The notes beneath the pieces were generated by a model. That model was not told where the DNA came from. It ran no database searches and saw only the letters and a program-made list of their open reading frames with translations. Made by a program: the position numbers and the translations under genes. This document shows positions 33,959 to 43,953 of a DNA stretch of 61,862 nucleotides, one piece after another (the first letter of the stretch is position 1; the number at the start of each line of letters is the position of its first letter). The stretch is from a virus. Its lineage: Duplodnaviria > Caudoviricetes. The DNA is taken from IMG/VR virus record IMGVR_UViG_3300033141_002737, positions 1 through 61,862 of that record; one strand, 5' to 3'.

Positions 33959-35236
33959 ATGATTCAATTTCAAATTTTAAATAAAATTTTATCAGATAAG
34001 AGTTTTGATTTAGTAATTATTAATGGACTAACTGAAGATCATTTTAGTAATTATAAAGATGAATTTAATTTCATAAAAAATCATTATGAAGTTTATAAGA
34101 ATGTACCGGATAAAATTACATTTGTAGATAAATTTGATTACTGGGATATAATAGAATGCACAGAATCGGATCAATATCTATTACAAACACTTCAAGAAGA
34201 TATTCAATTTAAGGTAGGAGCCGATATAATTAATAATGTAGTTCCAATACTTGAAAAGGATGCTAACGAAGGAACTGAATATCTTATAAAAAGATTACCC
34301 GAACTAAATATTAATTTAAGTATTGGAGGAGTGGATTTAACTAAAAGCGCGGAAATAAGGTATAATGCATACTTAGATAATAAAAACTTTACTCAAGATA
34401 AATTAATTAAAACAGGATTTCCAGAAATGGATGAAATTTTATATGGATGGTTACCAGGAGAGGATTTAATTACAGTTTTAGGTAGAATTAATGAGGGTAA
34501 ATCTTGGATAATGACTCAATTAGCGGTAGCCGCTTGGTTACAAGGAAAACGAGTTGCTATGTATAATAGTGAGATGTCATCTAATATTGCTGGATATAGA
34601 GTAGATACATTATTATCTAACATTTCTAATACAGCATTATTCACAAAGAATAAAATTATTCACGAAGAGTATAAGAATCATATTGAAGAATTTAAAAAGA
34701 AGAATAATTGTTTTTTAGTTGCAACTAAGAAGGAATTAAATGGAAATCTTACTATATCTAAAATTAAAACACTAATAGAGAAGAATAAATTAGATGTGTT
34801 CTTTATTGATCAATATTCAGGAATGGTAGATGAAAATGCTACAAAGTGGGAGGATCGAAAAGCTAAATATGCTAGAATAGCTGAGGAATTAATGGATATT
34901 AGTATGCAATATAAAATTCCTATCATAGGAGCTGTACAAGCGAATAGGAAATCAATTGAAAATAAGGATAAAGAAGATAGTGTACCCGAATTAGATAATA
35001 TTAGTGATGCGGATGAAATAGGAGCTTTATCTACTAGAGTTATATCTTTAAGAAATATAGGAGCAGGATTAAAATTTAAGATAATTAAAAATAGGTATGG
35101 AAATAAAGGAGATTCTTTTTTATATTATTGGGATATTGATAAGGGTACATTTACACTTATACCGAGTAATTCCAGTTCAGATAAAAAGAAAATAGAAAAT
35201 AGAAAGAAATATAATGATAAGACTGATGCGTTTTAG
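33959..35236 (+). CDS. dnaB: DnaB-like replicative helicase
   Basis: TGF..MD, GRINEGKS, FIDQY, AVQANR and KNRYG motifs. Confidence 0.92.
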   Translation: MIQFQILNKILSDKSFDLVIINGLTEDHFSNYKDEFNFIKNHYEVYKNVPDKITFVDKFDYWDIIECTESDQYLLQTLQEDIQFKVGADIINNVVPILEKDANEGTEYLIKRLPELNINLSIGGVDLTKSAEIRYNAYLDNKNFTQDKLIKTGFPEMDEILYGWLPGEDLITVLGRINEGKSWIMTQLAVAAWLQGKRVAMYNSEMSSNIAGYRVDTLLSNISNTALFTKNKIIHEEYKNHIEEFKKKNNCFLVATKKELNGNLTISKIKTLIEKNKLDVFFIDQYSGMVDENATKWEDRKAKYARIAEELMDISMQYKIPIIGAVQANRKSIENKDKEDSVPELDNISDADEIGALSTRVISLRNIGAGLKFKIIKNRYGNKGDSFLYYWDIDKGTFTLIPSNSSSDKKKIENRKKYNDKTDAF

Positions 35237-35248
35237 AAAGGATAAATT

Positions 35249-35500
35249 ATGAAAGATGAATTTAAGAAAGATAAATTAAAGTGTGGAGCATTACGAAAAT
35301 TTTGTGTACTTAAATTGGAAGATGTGGATTTTTTAAGTTATATGAAACAAGAGCAATTAGAACATATTTGTAAGATGATAGATTTTAATAGACGTCAGAT
35401 AAACAAAAAAACAGATAATGAATATTTGGTTATAAATATGGATGAGCCATACGCTGAAAAGGTAAAAGCAATTTTAATTGAAAATAATCACTGGGGTTAA
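35249..35500 (+). CDS. hypothetical protein
   Basis: ORF track; YLVINMDEPYA motif. Confidence 0.65.
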   Translation: MKDEFKKDKLKCGALRKFCVLKLEDVDFLSYMKQEQLEHICKMIDFNRRQINKKTDNEYLVINMDEPYAEKVKAILIENNHWG

Positions 35501-35502
35501 TA

Positions 35503-35844
35503 ATGGGATATTTAAGTAAAATTTCAAATACAGATATAAAAATTCTACAAAAGCAGGAATATATTAAAATGTCTATTATAGAAGTTAGTGTTATTAAATA
35601 TCAGTCGATTGTACCCAGTTATGATAATTTAAGGAAGGGCAAGGAAGATAAACCTAGATATGAACATAGAATAGAGTTTGCAATACAATATCCAAACGGT
35701 AAATTAAAAGCTTATAAATTAATTAGAAATAAAGATAAAAAGATGGAAAATTATTATAAAATATATAAAGAGGTTTTAATATATTTAAAAAAAGAGTGTA
35801 AAATATTAACAGGTATAAATAAGATAGATATAAAAAGGGATTAA
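35503..35844 (+). CDS. hypothetical protein
   Basis: ORF track. Confidence 0.55.
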   Translation: MGYLSKISNTDIKILQKQEYIKMSIIEVSVIKYQSIVPSYDNLRKGKEDKPRYEHRIEFAIQYPNGKLKAYKLIRNKDKKMENYYKIYKEVLIYLKKECKILTGINKIDIKRD

Positions 35845-35847
35845 ATA

Positions 35848-36714
35848 ATGTTTGGACCAAATACTCATTTTATAAATGTGGCTGTAATTAGTTATTCACA
35901 TAGGGATAAAGAATTTTTAAATTTATATGAAAAATTTATTAATAATTTTAAGGATGTATTTAAATTACATGATTACGATATTATGCTTATTCCAGGTAGT
36001 GGAACGGTGGGAATAGAGGCTTTAATGTTTTCATCTAAATGGGGAATGAATGTATCACCTATTATAGGGAAATTTCATCAAAGATGGTATGAGATGGCTA
36101 GGCAATATAATAAGAATAACGATTACTTTTTTAAACTATATTGCCAATTAGAGACGAGTATCTCTAAATATTATGAAGAAGGAGGGTGCATAGTAGATTG
36201 TATAAGTTCCTTCCCTTATTATAACATTCCAAAAGATACAAAGGCATTCGTATTAAGTTCTAATAAGCAATTAGGTAGCTATACTGGTATCTCTATAGTA
36301 GGGATTAAGAAGGATCATTGGATGCATTTTATAGGCGCAGATACTATGTCTTATTTAAATTTAGCTCGATATAAAAGATATGCAAAATCATCTCAAACTC
36401 CTTCAACTTTTCCAAGTCATATATTAGAACACTTAAATTCAAATTTAATTCATTTTAGTACAGATGCATTAAGAGAACGTATAAATAGGATTTCAGATAG
36501 AATTGTAGAAGAAGTAGGAGAAGATAATATTATAGGAGAGGGGCGATGTCCAGTAATTACAATCAAGAAATCTGCTATACCTAATGAGATAGCGGCGGAG
36601 TATAATTTATATGGATTAAATACAAATTCAGCCTATTATCAAATTTTTACATACTCTTGTTATGAAGTGGACTATAATGAATTCTTAATAAAATTAAGGT
36701 GGGTTAGAAAATGA
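35848..36714 (+). CDS. PLP-dependent class V aminotransferase-like protein
   Basis: GP, SHR, GSGT.G.EA, ETS, VD..SS, SSNKQLG (PLP lysine) and QTPST motifs. Confidence 0.8.
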   Translation: MFGPNTHFINVAVISYSHRDKEFLNLYEKFINNFKDVFKLHDYDIMLIPGSGTVGIEALMFSSKWGMNVSPIIGKFHQRWYEMARQYNKNNDYFFKLYCQLETSISKYYEEGGCIVDCISSFPYYNIPKDTKAFVLSSNKQLGSYTGISIVGIKKDHWMHFIGADTMSYLNLARYKRYAKSSQTPSTFPSHILEHLNSNLIHFSTDALRERINRISDRIVEEVGEDNIIGEGRCPVITIKKSAIPNEIAAEYNLYGLNTNSAYYQIFTYSCYEVDYNEFLIKLRWVRK

Positions 36715-36926
36715 AATGTTCGTATTGTGGGAATCAATTTAAGCAGGTTAAATTTACAGAGATTAAACTTAAATTTATTAGTATGCATTTGTGCAATAGA
36801 TGTTTTAGAAATATATTTAAGCGTGTATTTAAAACTTCAGATAGATATGTATATTTAAAATTAAAGCAAGAGTTTTGTAAAACATACAAAAAATTATTTA
36901 GGATATTAAGATTAATAAGGGATTGA
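36711..36926 (+). CDS. small zinc-finger protein
   Basis: CSYC...CNRC. Confidence 0.6.
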   Translation: MKCSYCGNQFKQVKFTEIKLKFISMHLCNRCFRNIFKRVFKTSDRYVYLKLKQEFCKTYKKLFRILRLIRD

Positions 36927-36929
36927 GAG

Positions 36930-37265
36930 ATGAATAAATTTGGAATTAAATTACGAGAGTTAAGATTAAGTAAAGGTTTATCACAGAAGGATATAACGGA
37001 TTTAACTCAATTACCAAGGCCCGTGATTTCAATGTATGAGACAGGTGCTAGGTATCCTTCAAAAAAGAATTATAAACTATTATGTAGAAGTTTAGAAGTT
37101 ACAGAAGTAGAGCTTTCTTGGGAGTATAGAACTAAAAAATTATTATTAATTAGACTTAATAAGTTAGAAAAAGAAAATTTTAAATTACAGCAGGTAATTA
37201 TAAGATGTCCTATGTGTCAAGTTAGAAAAAGATTAGATAGGGTGGATAATGTTACAGGTAGGTAA
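36930..37265 (+). CDS. XRE-family HTH protein with C-terminal coiled coil and CxxC
   Basis: KLRELRLSKGLSQKDI...ISMYETGARYP. Confidence 0.88.
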   Translation: MNKFGIKLRELRLSKGLSQKDITDLTQLPRPVISMYETGARYPSKKNYKLLCRSLEVTEVELSWEYRTKKLLLIRLNKLEKENFKLQQVIIRCPMCQVRKRLDRVDNVTGR

Positions 37266-38202
37266 TAAATTTATATTAAATCCTATAGAAGAGATATTAG
37301 AGGTATTAAGAATTCAATTACATCAAGCTGGAATTGATAAATTAAATTCCATTAAAGTATCAGGAAATAATATACAAATATCTTGTCCAATTCATAAAGA
37401 GGGTAAAGAAAGAAAACCTTCTTGTGGTATAAGTATCGTAGAAAATCCTAAAACTCCGATGGGAACTGTCCATTGCTTTACTTGTAGTTATAGAGCTAAT
37501 TTTCAAGAATTTGTTAGTAATTGCTTTAATTATAATGATCATGGAAGATTTGGATCTAACTGGTTAATACAGAATTTTATAGTAGGTGTGAATACTCAAA
37601 GAACTATAAATAGAGTAGGGAATAGGAAAGAAATTAAATTAAATACTTATATAGAAGAGGAGGAATTAGATTCTTATAGATATATTCATAGCTATATGTA
37701 TAAGAGAAAGTTAACAGATGAAATTATTGAAAAATTTGATGTGGGTTATGATAAAGAAACTAAATGTTTAACTTTTCCAGTATGGGATAAGGAAGGTAAT
37801 TGTTTATTTATAGCGAGAAGAAGTGTGAATACTAAATATTTTAAATATCCGGAAAAAGTTAAGAAGCCTTTATATGGACGACATTTTATAACAGATACCA
37901 TTAAGACTATAATTATATGTGAATCCATAATAAATACATTAACTTGCTGGGTGTATGGGAAACCCTCTATAGCTTTGATAGGATTAGGTAATAAGCAACA
38001 AATAAGTGAATTAAGGAGATTAAATGTTAGAAAATATATCTTAGCTTTAGATCCGGATGAAGAGGGTCAGAATGCCGCTATGAGAATAAGAAAGTATTTA
38101 AAAGACTCTGGAAAAATTATTAGTGAGTTTAAACTTCCATTAGGATGTGATATTAATGATCTATCTAAAGAGGAATTTTTAAATTTAGAGGAAGTGTATT
38201 AA
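37249..38202 (+). CDS. dnaG: DNA primase (CHC2 zinc finger plus TOPRIM)
   Basis: CPIH...HCFTC; IICES; LALDPDEEG; DINDL. Confidence 0.92.
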   Translation: MLQVGNKFILNPIEEILEVLRIQLHQAGIDKLNSIKVSGNNIQISCPIHKEGKERKPSCGISIVENPKTPMGTVHCFTCSYRANFQEFVSNCFNYNDHGRFGSNWLIQNFIVGVNTQRTINRVGNRKEIKLNTYIEEEELDSYRYIHSYMYKRKLTDEIIEKFDVGYDKETKCLTFPVWDKEGNCLFIARRSVNTKYFKYPEKVKKPLYGRHFITDTIKTIIICESIINTLTCWVYGKPSIALIGLGNKQQISELRRLNVRKYILALDPDEEGQNAAMRIRKYLKDSGKIISEFKLPLGCDINDLSKEEFLNLEEVY

Positions 38203-38230
38203 GAAATATTAATTTTTAAGTATAAAAGGA

Positions 38231-38259
38231 TTGTATTTTTTATATAACATATATATAAT
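38231..38259 (+). promoter_or_regulatory. sigma70-type promoter
   Basis: TTGTAT-17bp-TATAAT. Confidence 0.65.
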
Positions 38260-38317
38260 ATAAATATAAATAAAAAAAAATGTCATGTAGTAAATTATTA
38301 AAAGGAGCTTAAAAAAA

Positions 38318-39007
38318 ATGTCGAAACTAAAAGGTAAAAAATTTGTTTATGTAGGTACCAGTAGACCTGAATGGGTGGATGAGCAGGTTGAAGTAATTAG
38401 GGCAACTCTACAAAGTGTGACCGTGAAGTTTTCAGATGATAGTGAAGCTAAAGTTGCTTTGGCAGCATTTAAAAGAGATTTTGAAGAAGATCTTGCAGAA
38501 GAAGAGGATAACCAAGAAGAACAAGAACAAGAAGAAGAAGGACAAGAAGAAGAACAAGAAGAAGAAGAAGATAAACAAGAAGATAAACAAGAAGAAGAAG
38601 TTAAGTCGTCTAAGAAAGTTACTAAAAAAGAACCGAAACCTAAAAAAGAATCTAAATCTAAAAAAGAACCGAAACCCAAAAAAGATTACTCTAAAATAAG
38701 AGAAGAACTTATAAAATACTGTGAAAAGCAAAAATTTAGCTTAACAGAAAATCAACAATATGTAGGTATAAAGGATGAACAAAATTATGGCGCAATTGTA
38801 TTAACTAAATTCGGAGCTATTAGGGTAAAAAATATAGCTTTAGAGGGGTCTAGCTATGAAGCAGATAAATGGATTACGGGGACATACGATGCACAATTTT
38901 CTATGGATCGAGATATTAAAGAACTTATAGAAATTATTGAATTAGGTATAAAATTTTCTAATAAGTGTGTTGTTAAAACAGTTTCTAATAAGGATAAAAC
39001 TAAATAG
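38318..39007 (+). CDS. hypothetical protein with an acidic E/Q tract and KEPK repeats
   Basis: ORF track; AAAAGGAG RBS; own promoter. Confidence 0.7.
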   Translation: MSKLKGKKFVYVGTSRPEWVDEQVEVIRATLQSVTVKFSDDSEAKVALAAFKRDFEEDLAEEEDNQEEQEQEEEGQEEEQEEEEDKQEDKQEEEVKSSKKVTKKEPKPKKESKSKKEPKPKKDYSKIREELIKYCEKQKFSLTENQQYVGIKDEQNYGAIVLTKFGAIRVKNIALEGSSYEADKWITGTYDAQFSMDRDIKELIEIIELGIKFSNKCVVKTVSNKDKTK

Positions 39008-39027
39008 GGGAAAAGGAGGTGTTCGTT

Positions 39028-39081
39028 ATGTTAGGGTTACAATACTTAAAGGACTTAATGGATGTATTGTGTAAAATTTAA
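39028..39081 (+). CDS. 17-aa peptide MLGLQYLKDLMDVLCKI
   Basis: Near-perfect SD AAAAGGAGGTG 7 nt upstream of the ATG. Confidence 0.45.
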   Translation: MLGLQYLKDLMDVLCKI

Positions 39082-39190
39082 TACCCTATATAGTATAAAA
39101 AGAAATCATGTATATAAAGGGAGTGTTAATAAAATACACTCCCACCCCGTCCCCTTAAGGTAGTTTAAAATAATAAAAAAAGGAGTTATA

Positions 39191-39907
39191 ATGGTAAGAG
39201 TTAATAGAGAAGTAGCTAAGGATTATATATCTTCGGGAGTTTATTTTGGATTAAAAAATGATGGAAATAAAGTAGAGGTTAGATTTCCATATAATAGTTT
39301 AGATGAACTATTTACTTATGATATAGTACATGATATAGGAGAACCTCAAAAATCTAAATATATAGATTGTTTAAGAGAACCCGAAGATTCTATAGATATG
39401 TGTCCATTCTGTGCTGCAGGTATGAATCCTAAAGCTAAATTATTTTTACAAGTATACGATGTGAAAGAAAAAGTTATGAAAATTTGGGATAGAGGAATTA
39501 CTTTAGAAGCTGGAATGATGAAGGACTTAAGAGATATTAGAAAAGATCCTATAATTGGAGCTATAATTCAAGTAGAAAGATTTGGAGCTAAAGGGGCCTC
39601 GGATACTACTTATGCATTTGATGTAATACCTGCGGATGAGGATGGAAAAGTATTAATAGATGATACTACTATGGAAGATCTACCCGATTTCGTAGATATA
39701 TATGAATTAAATATTGTAACCAAATTAAATAGTGAAGAGATGGAAATATATTTAGAGACAGATCAATTACCTAATAAAGATAATAAAAACAATAAAGAAG
39801 AAGTTAAACGAAGATTAAGTAATAGAGGCGAAGATACTAGAGGAGAAAAAACTAAAGCTAATAAGACTGGAGAAGGATCACGCAGAATAAGAAGTAAAAG
39901 ATTTTAA
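39191..39907 (+). CDS. ssb: single-stranded DNA-binding protein (gp32-like, Zn-binding)
   Basis: F.LKNDG...VRF...VH...C...CPFC...IWDRG...R.GAKGASDTTY; lies before polA. Confidence 0.75.
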   Translation: MVRVNREVAKDYISSGVYFGLKNDGNKVEVRFPYNSLDELFTYDIVHDIGEPQKSKYIDCLREPEDSIDMCPFCAAGMNPKAKLFLQVYDVKEKVMKIWDRGITLEAGMMKDLRDIRKDPIIGAIIQVERFGAKGASDTTYAFDVIPADEDGKVLIDDTTMEDLPDFVDIYELNIVTKLNSEEMEIYLETDQLPNKDNKNNKEEVKRRLSNRGEDTRGEKTKANKTGEGSRRIRSKRF

Positions 39908-39942
39908 AAATATTAGAAATCATTTAGAAAGGATTTAATTTT

Positions 39943-42333
39943 TTGAATTTATTTAGTGGACGTAAAACTAAATCTGATGATAAGAGATTAATAAAGAAAG
40001 TTAATTCTCGTAAGAATATTGTAAATACTGATAATTTTAAAATTACAGGGGATACTTTATTAAATAAACTTCGGTCTATTAATGCCATAGTTGCTAAGGA
40101 ATATGTAGGACAAGAAGATAAATATACAATAATATACACAGAAGATCAATTAATTTTGTATATAGATCGAATAAATAAGATTGGAGAATTTGCTTTAGAT
40201 ACGGAGACCACTTCATTAGATCCAATTACCTGCACTCTGGCTGGTATAGGTATATATGTTGAAGGTTTAAATCCTGCATATATACCTATTAATCATGTGA
40301 GTTATGTGACCGGAATTAAAATCAAAGGGCAGTTAGATAGTAATAATATAAGAACTCAATTATTAAGATTAAATGAAGAAGTTAAAATAATTTTCCATAA
40401 TGCTAAATTTGATATTAGAGTTTTATTAAATCAATTAGATATAAATTTATCTAAATTTTTATGGAGGGATACAATGTTAGCTGCTCCTCTTTTAAATGAA
40501 AATGAAGCTAAAGGGTTAAAATATCTTCATAATACTTATTGTAGTGAGGGAGGTAATAATAAACAATATACAGAATTATTTAAAGATGTTCCATTCACGT
40601 ATATACCAATAGATTCAGCTTATTTTTATGGAGCTAAGGATGCATTATTAACTTATGAATTATATAAATACCAAAGTCAATTCTTAGATTATAATAATCC
40701 AATATGCCAAGAATACGGACTTGTAGATATAGCTCATTATTATGAAGATGTAGAAATTCCAGTAGTGTTGGCTTTAATAGAAATGGAAGAAACTGGTATA
40801 GAAATTGATAAACAGTATGCAGAGAATTTATTAGAGGAGTTTAAGGAAGAGTTAAAAAAATGTGAGAGTGTATTTTACAATATATGTGAGAAGTACAAGA
40901 CAGAGATTAAGAGGTATAGATTACAGAAGGGACTTCAATGTAAATTAAATGATCCTATTTTATTATCCAGTCCGGATCAAATATCTATATTATTATATGA
41001 AATTATGGAGATAGAACCAATAGATAAACGAGATTCTAAAGGAACTGGAAAAGAGATATTAAATAAATTACTTGAATATGAAGATACAAAGGATATTGCC
41101 GAAGCTATCTTAAATTATAGAACTGTAGCTAAATTAATATCTACTTATGTTAAGAAATTACCCAAAGACGTTAAAACTAAGACAGGATGTTTACATACCA
41201 GCTTTAATCAGCATATTCCAGTTACAGGTAGATTATCTAGTAGTGGACCCTGCTTACAAAATATTCCAGTTCGGGGTAGATTAGGAAAATTGATACGAAG
41301 TATGTTCAAAGCGTTTAAGGACCATTATATGATTTTTGGGGATTATTCTCAGCAAGAACCTTTGTTATTAGCAGATATAAGTGGGGATGATAAATTAAAG
41401 CAGATTGCTGGAGAAGATGTTTATGCATTTATGGGTTCATTTACTTTTAGTATACCGTATGAGGAATGTCTTGAAAAATATCTAGATGGAACACTTAATC
41501 TTGAAGGTAAGAGACGGCGAGAAGAGATGAAAACAGTTATTTTAGGTATAATGTACGAGAGACAAGCTAATACTATAGCGGATCAACTTAAAATTACTAA
41601 GAAAAAGGCTCAAGGTATAATAGATAAGTTCTATAAAACCTTCCCCAAAATTAAGATATTTAGAGATGAAGCCATTCAACATGCTATAGATTATGGATAT
41701 GTCACAATGTTATTAGGAAGAAAAAGAAGATTACCAGATATGCAATTACCTAAATATTCATTTAAATATATTAGTGAAGGAAGTAATTTCGATCCATTAG
41801 CAGGATTAGATGAAGAATTTATAGAAGATTCTTCTAAAGAGGTAGATGAAGATACGATAGATTCTTATTATACTATTTTAAATAAAGCGTGGGGATATAA
41901 TCAGAGAAGGGCTATCATTGAGAAAGCTAGAGAAGAGGGTATTGAAATTATTGATAATAGTATAAAAATATCAGAAGCAATTAGACAAGTTGTTAATAGT
42001 ATAATTCAAGGAAGTGCTGGAGTGATGACTAAAAATGCTATGGCAAAATATAAAGCTCATGAAGCGTATCAGCTTTTAGGGCGTAGACCAGATTATTATA
42101 AAAAATTAAAACCTTATATAGAAGAAAGTGAAGAGTTGAAAAATAAAGGGGCTAAATTAATATTACAAGTTCATGACGAACTGGCGTTACAAGGTTTAAA
42201 GAAATATGCAAAGCGATTTAAGGAAATATTGAAAAATATTATGATTAAGTCAGCTTCTGATTTAATATCTATCCCTATGAAAGTTGATATAGATGTAGTG
42301 GAAAGATGGAATGGGGAGAAAATTAATGTTTAA
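39943..42333 (+). CDS. polA: family A DNA polymerase with 3'-5' exonuclease
   Basis: DTETT, HNAKFD, YGAKDA; TGRLSS, DYSQQE, KTVILGIMY, IQGSA, VHDEL. Confidence 0.95.
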   Translation: MNLFSGRKTKSDDKRLIKKVNSRKNIVNTDNFKITGDTLLNKLRSINAIVAKEYVGQEDKYTIIYTEDQLILYIDRINKIGEFALDTETTSLDPITCTLAGIGIYVEGLNPAYIPINHVSYVTGIKIKGQLDSNNIRTQLLRLNEEVKIIFHNAKFDIRVLLNQLDINLSKFLWRDTMLAAPLLNENEAKGLKYLHNTYCSEGGNNKQYTELFKDVPFTYIPIDSAYFYGAKDALLTYELYKYQSQFLDYNNPICQEYGLVDIAHYYEDVEIPVVLALIEMEETGIEIDKQYAENLLEEFKEELKKCESVFYNICEKYKTEIKRYRLQKGLQCKLNDPILLSSPDQISILLYEIMEIEPIDKRDSKGTGKEILNKLLEYEDTKDIAEAILNYRTVAKLISTYVKKLPKDVKTKTGCLHTSFNQHIPVTGRLSSSGPCLQNIPVRGRLGKLIRSMFKAFKDHYMIFGDYSQQEPLLLADISGDDKLKQIAGEDVYAFMGSFTFSIPYEECLEKYLDGTLNLEGKRRREEMKTVILGIMYERQANTIADQLKITKKKAQGIIDKFYKTFPKIKIFRDEAIQHAIDYGYVTMLLGRKRRLPDMQLPKYSFKYISEGSNFDPLAGLDEEFIEDSSKEVDEDTIDSYYTILNKAWGYNQRRAIIEKAREEGIEIIDNSIKISEAIRQVVNSIIQGSAGVMTKNAMAKYKAHEAYQLLGRRPDYYKKLKPYIEESEELKNKGAKLILQVHDELALQGLKKYAKRFKEILKNIMIKSASDLISIPMKVDIDVVERWNGEKINV

Positions 42334-43243
42334 TTTATATTTTGCTGGGATTCAGCATAAAAATAGTACTCAATTAATGATTAATCTTAATTGTAATATC
42401 CTCTTAAGTTGGATATTAAATAGAAAAGAGATTAATTTATTAGTAGATTTAAAAAGAAATAATAAATATTTAGGTAAATTATTTATAGATAGTGGAGCAT
42501 TTACAGCACATAGAAAAGATGTTAAAATAGATGTAGATGAATATATTAAATTTATAAATGATAGAGATGATGTATTAGATTTATATGCCCAGATAGATGC
42601 GATTCCGGGAAGATTTGGTGAGCCACGAACTCATCAGCATATTTTGGATGCTGAGAGGTTATCTCAAGAGAATTATATATATATGGCGGATAAAGTAAAT
42701 AGTCCGGAGAAATTATTACCTATATTTCACCAAGATGAATCATTTAATCATTTAAATTGGATGTTAAATTTAAGGGTAAATGATAATTTAATTCCATATA
42801 TTGGAATAAGTTCGGCTAAGGATAAGGCAATTAATAGAAGATTTAATTGGTATTATGATGTTTATAATCATATTCAGCATAGTAATAATCCACACGTCAA
42901 TACACATGCATTTGGAACTTCTAGCACTAATCATCTTGTTCAATACCCATTTACAAGTTCGGATGCTACTTCTTGGTTACAAACAGCTGCGAATGGTGGA
43001 ATAGTTTGTAAGTACGGAGTTATAAAAATTAGTGATCAATCCTTGCAAGATTCGGCTAATATATCAAATTCAATTGGATTGGATATATTTAAAAAACATA
43101 TAGAAAAAGAGGGGTTTAAATTAGAAGAATTACAGCAGAATTATTGGATGAGAGCTAACTTTAATATTAAATATTTACAAAAATGGGCGGAAAATTATAA
43201 GTATGAAGGATTAGCTCAATTTAAAACAAGGAGATTATTTTAA
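42326..43243 (+). CDS. dpdA: DpdA-like 7-deazaguanine DNA transglycosylase (TGT fold)
   Basis: LFIDSGAFT, QIDAIPG, PIFH, HAFG and SSDATSW motifs; adjacent to queCDE-folE; ATG at 42326 follows GGGGAG. Confidence 0.8.
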   Translation: MFNLYFAGIQHKNSTQLMINLNCNILLSWILNRKEINLLVDLKRNNKYLGKLFIDSGAFTAHRKDVKIDVDEYIKFINDRDDVLDLYAQIDAIPGRFGEPRTHQHILDAERLSQENYIYMADKVNSPEKLLPIFHQDESFNHLNWMLNLRVNDNLIPYIGISSAKDKAINRRFNWYYDVYNHIQHSNNPHVNTHAFGTSSTNHLVQYPFTSSDATSWLQTAANGGIVCKYGVIKISDQSLQDSANISNSIGLDIFKKHIEKEGFKLEELQQNYWMRANFNIKYLQKWAENYKYEGLAQFKTRRLF

Positions 43244-43245
43244 AG

Positions 43246-43938
43246 ATGACTAAAGTATTATTATATAGTGGTGGTATGGATAGCTGGTTAATAGCTCAAT
43301 TATGGAAACCAGATATAAAATTATATGTGAATATGAGTACTAAGTATTCTCAGGCAGAGATAAACAGATTACCTAAGGATGTAATTATAGAAAAATTAGA
43401 TTTAGGTGGATTCGAGAGGGAAGATAGTGTAATTCCATTAAGAAATATGTATTTAGCGGCTCTAGGTAGTTATTATGGAGATGAATTATGTTTAGGATTC
43501 ACAGCTGGAGATAGAATTTTAGATCAATCGGCGCATTTTGGAGTTTTAATGGAGGGTTTATTACATTATTTATATTCTCCTCAATGGTGGAATCCAAAGC
43601 AAAGGGAAATAAAGATTAATCTAGATTATAAGAAATATACGAAAGAGGAGTTATTATGTTTGTATTATGAGAATGGAGGTCATTTAGATAAAGCGTTTGA
43701 GGAATCTTTTAGTTGTTACAACCCAGATATAAATGGAAATGAATGCTGGGACTGTAAGCCTTGCTTTAGAAAATTTGTGACATTTGCTAGATTTAATAAG
43801 ATTTTTGATGAGAAGATTAGAGAGAGGAGTATTAATCATATAGAGCATAATATTTTACCCTTAATTAAGTCGAATACGTATGGGAGAGGAAAGAAAGAAG
43901 AAGATTTAATAATGAAAGTTTATAATAGGTATAAATAG
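43246..43938 (+). CDS. queC: QueC-like 7-cyano-7-deazaguanine synthase
   Basis: PP-loop YSGGMDS, IPLRN, SCY...CWDCKPCFRK. Confidence 0.8.
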   Translation: MTKVLLYSGGMDSWLIAQLWKPDIKLYVNMSTKYSQAEINRLPKDVIIEKLDLGGFEREDSVIPLRNMYLAALGSYYGDELCLGFTAGDRILDQSAHFGVLMEGLLHYLYSPQWWNPKQREIKINLDYKKYTKEELLCLYYENGGHLDKAFEESFSCYNPDINGNECWDCKPCFRKFVTFARFNKIFDEKIRERSINHIEHNILPLIKSNTYGRGKKEEDLIMKVYNRYK

Positions 43939-43953
43939 AAAGGAAATTTTATT

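Noticed and set aside
36930-37265. XRE gene as a lysogeny repressor
   Set aside because: It is co-oriented inside the replication operon, with no divergent cro, peptidase domain or integrase
38347-38731. Overlapping ORFs 38347..38679(-), 38432..38731(-) and 38436..38699(+)
   Set aside because: Alternate-frame shadows of the GAA/CAA low-complexity tract in 38318..39007
39031-39105. preQ1-I riboswitch (TAGGG...CCCTA plus A-rich tail), tempting given the que genes
   Set aside because: The loop is far longer than in preQ1-I aptamers, lacks the conserved loop pattern, and is not upstream of the que genes; an Rfam scan would settle it
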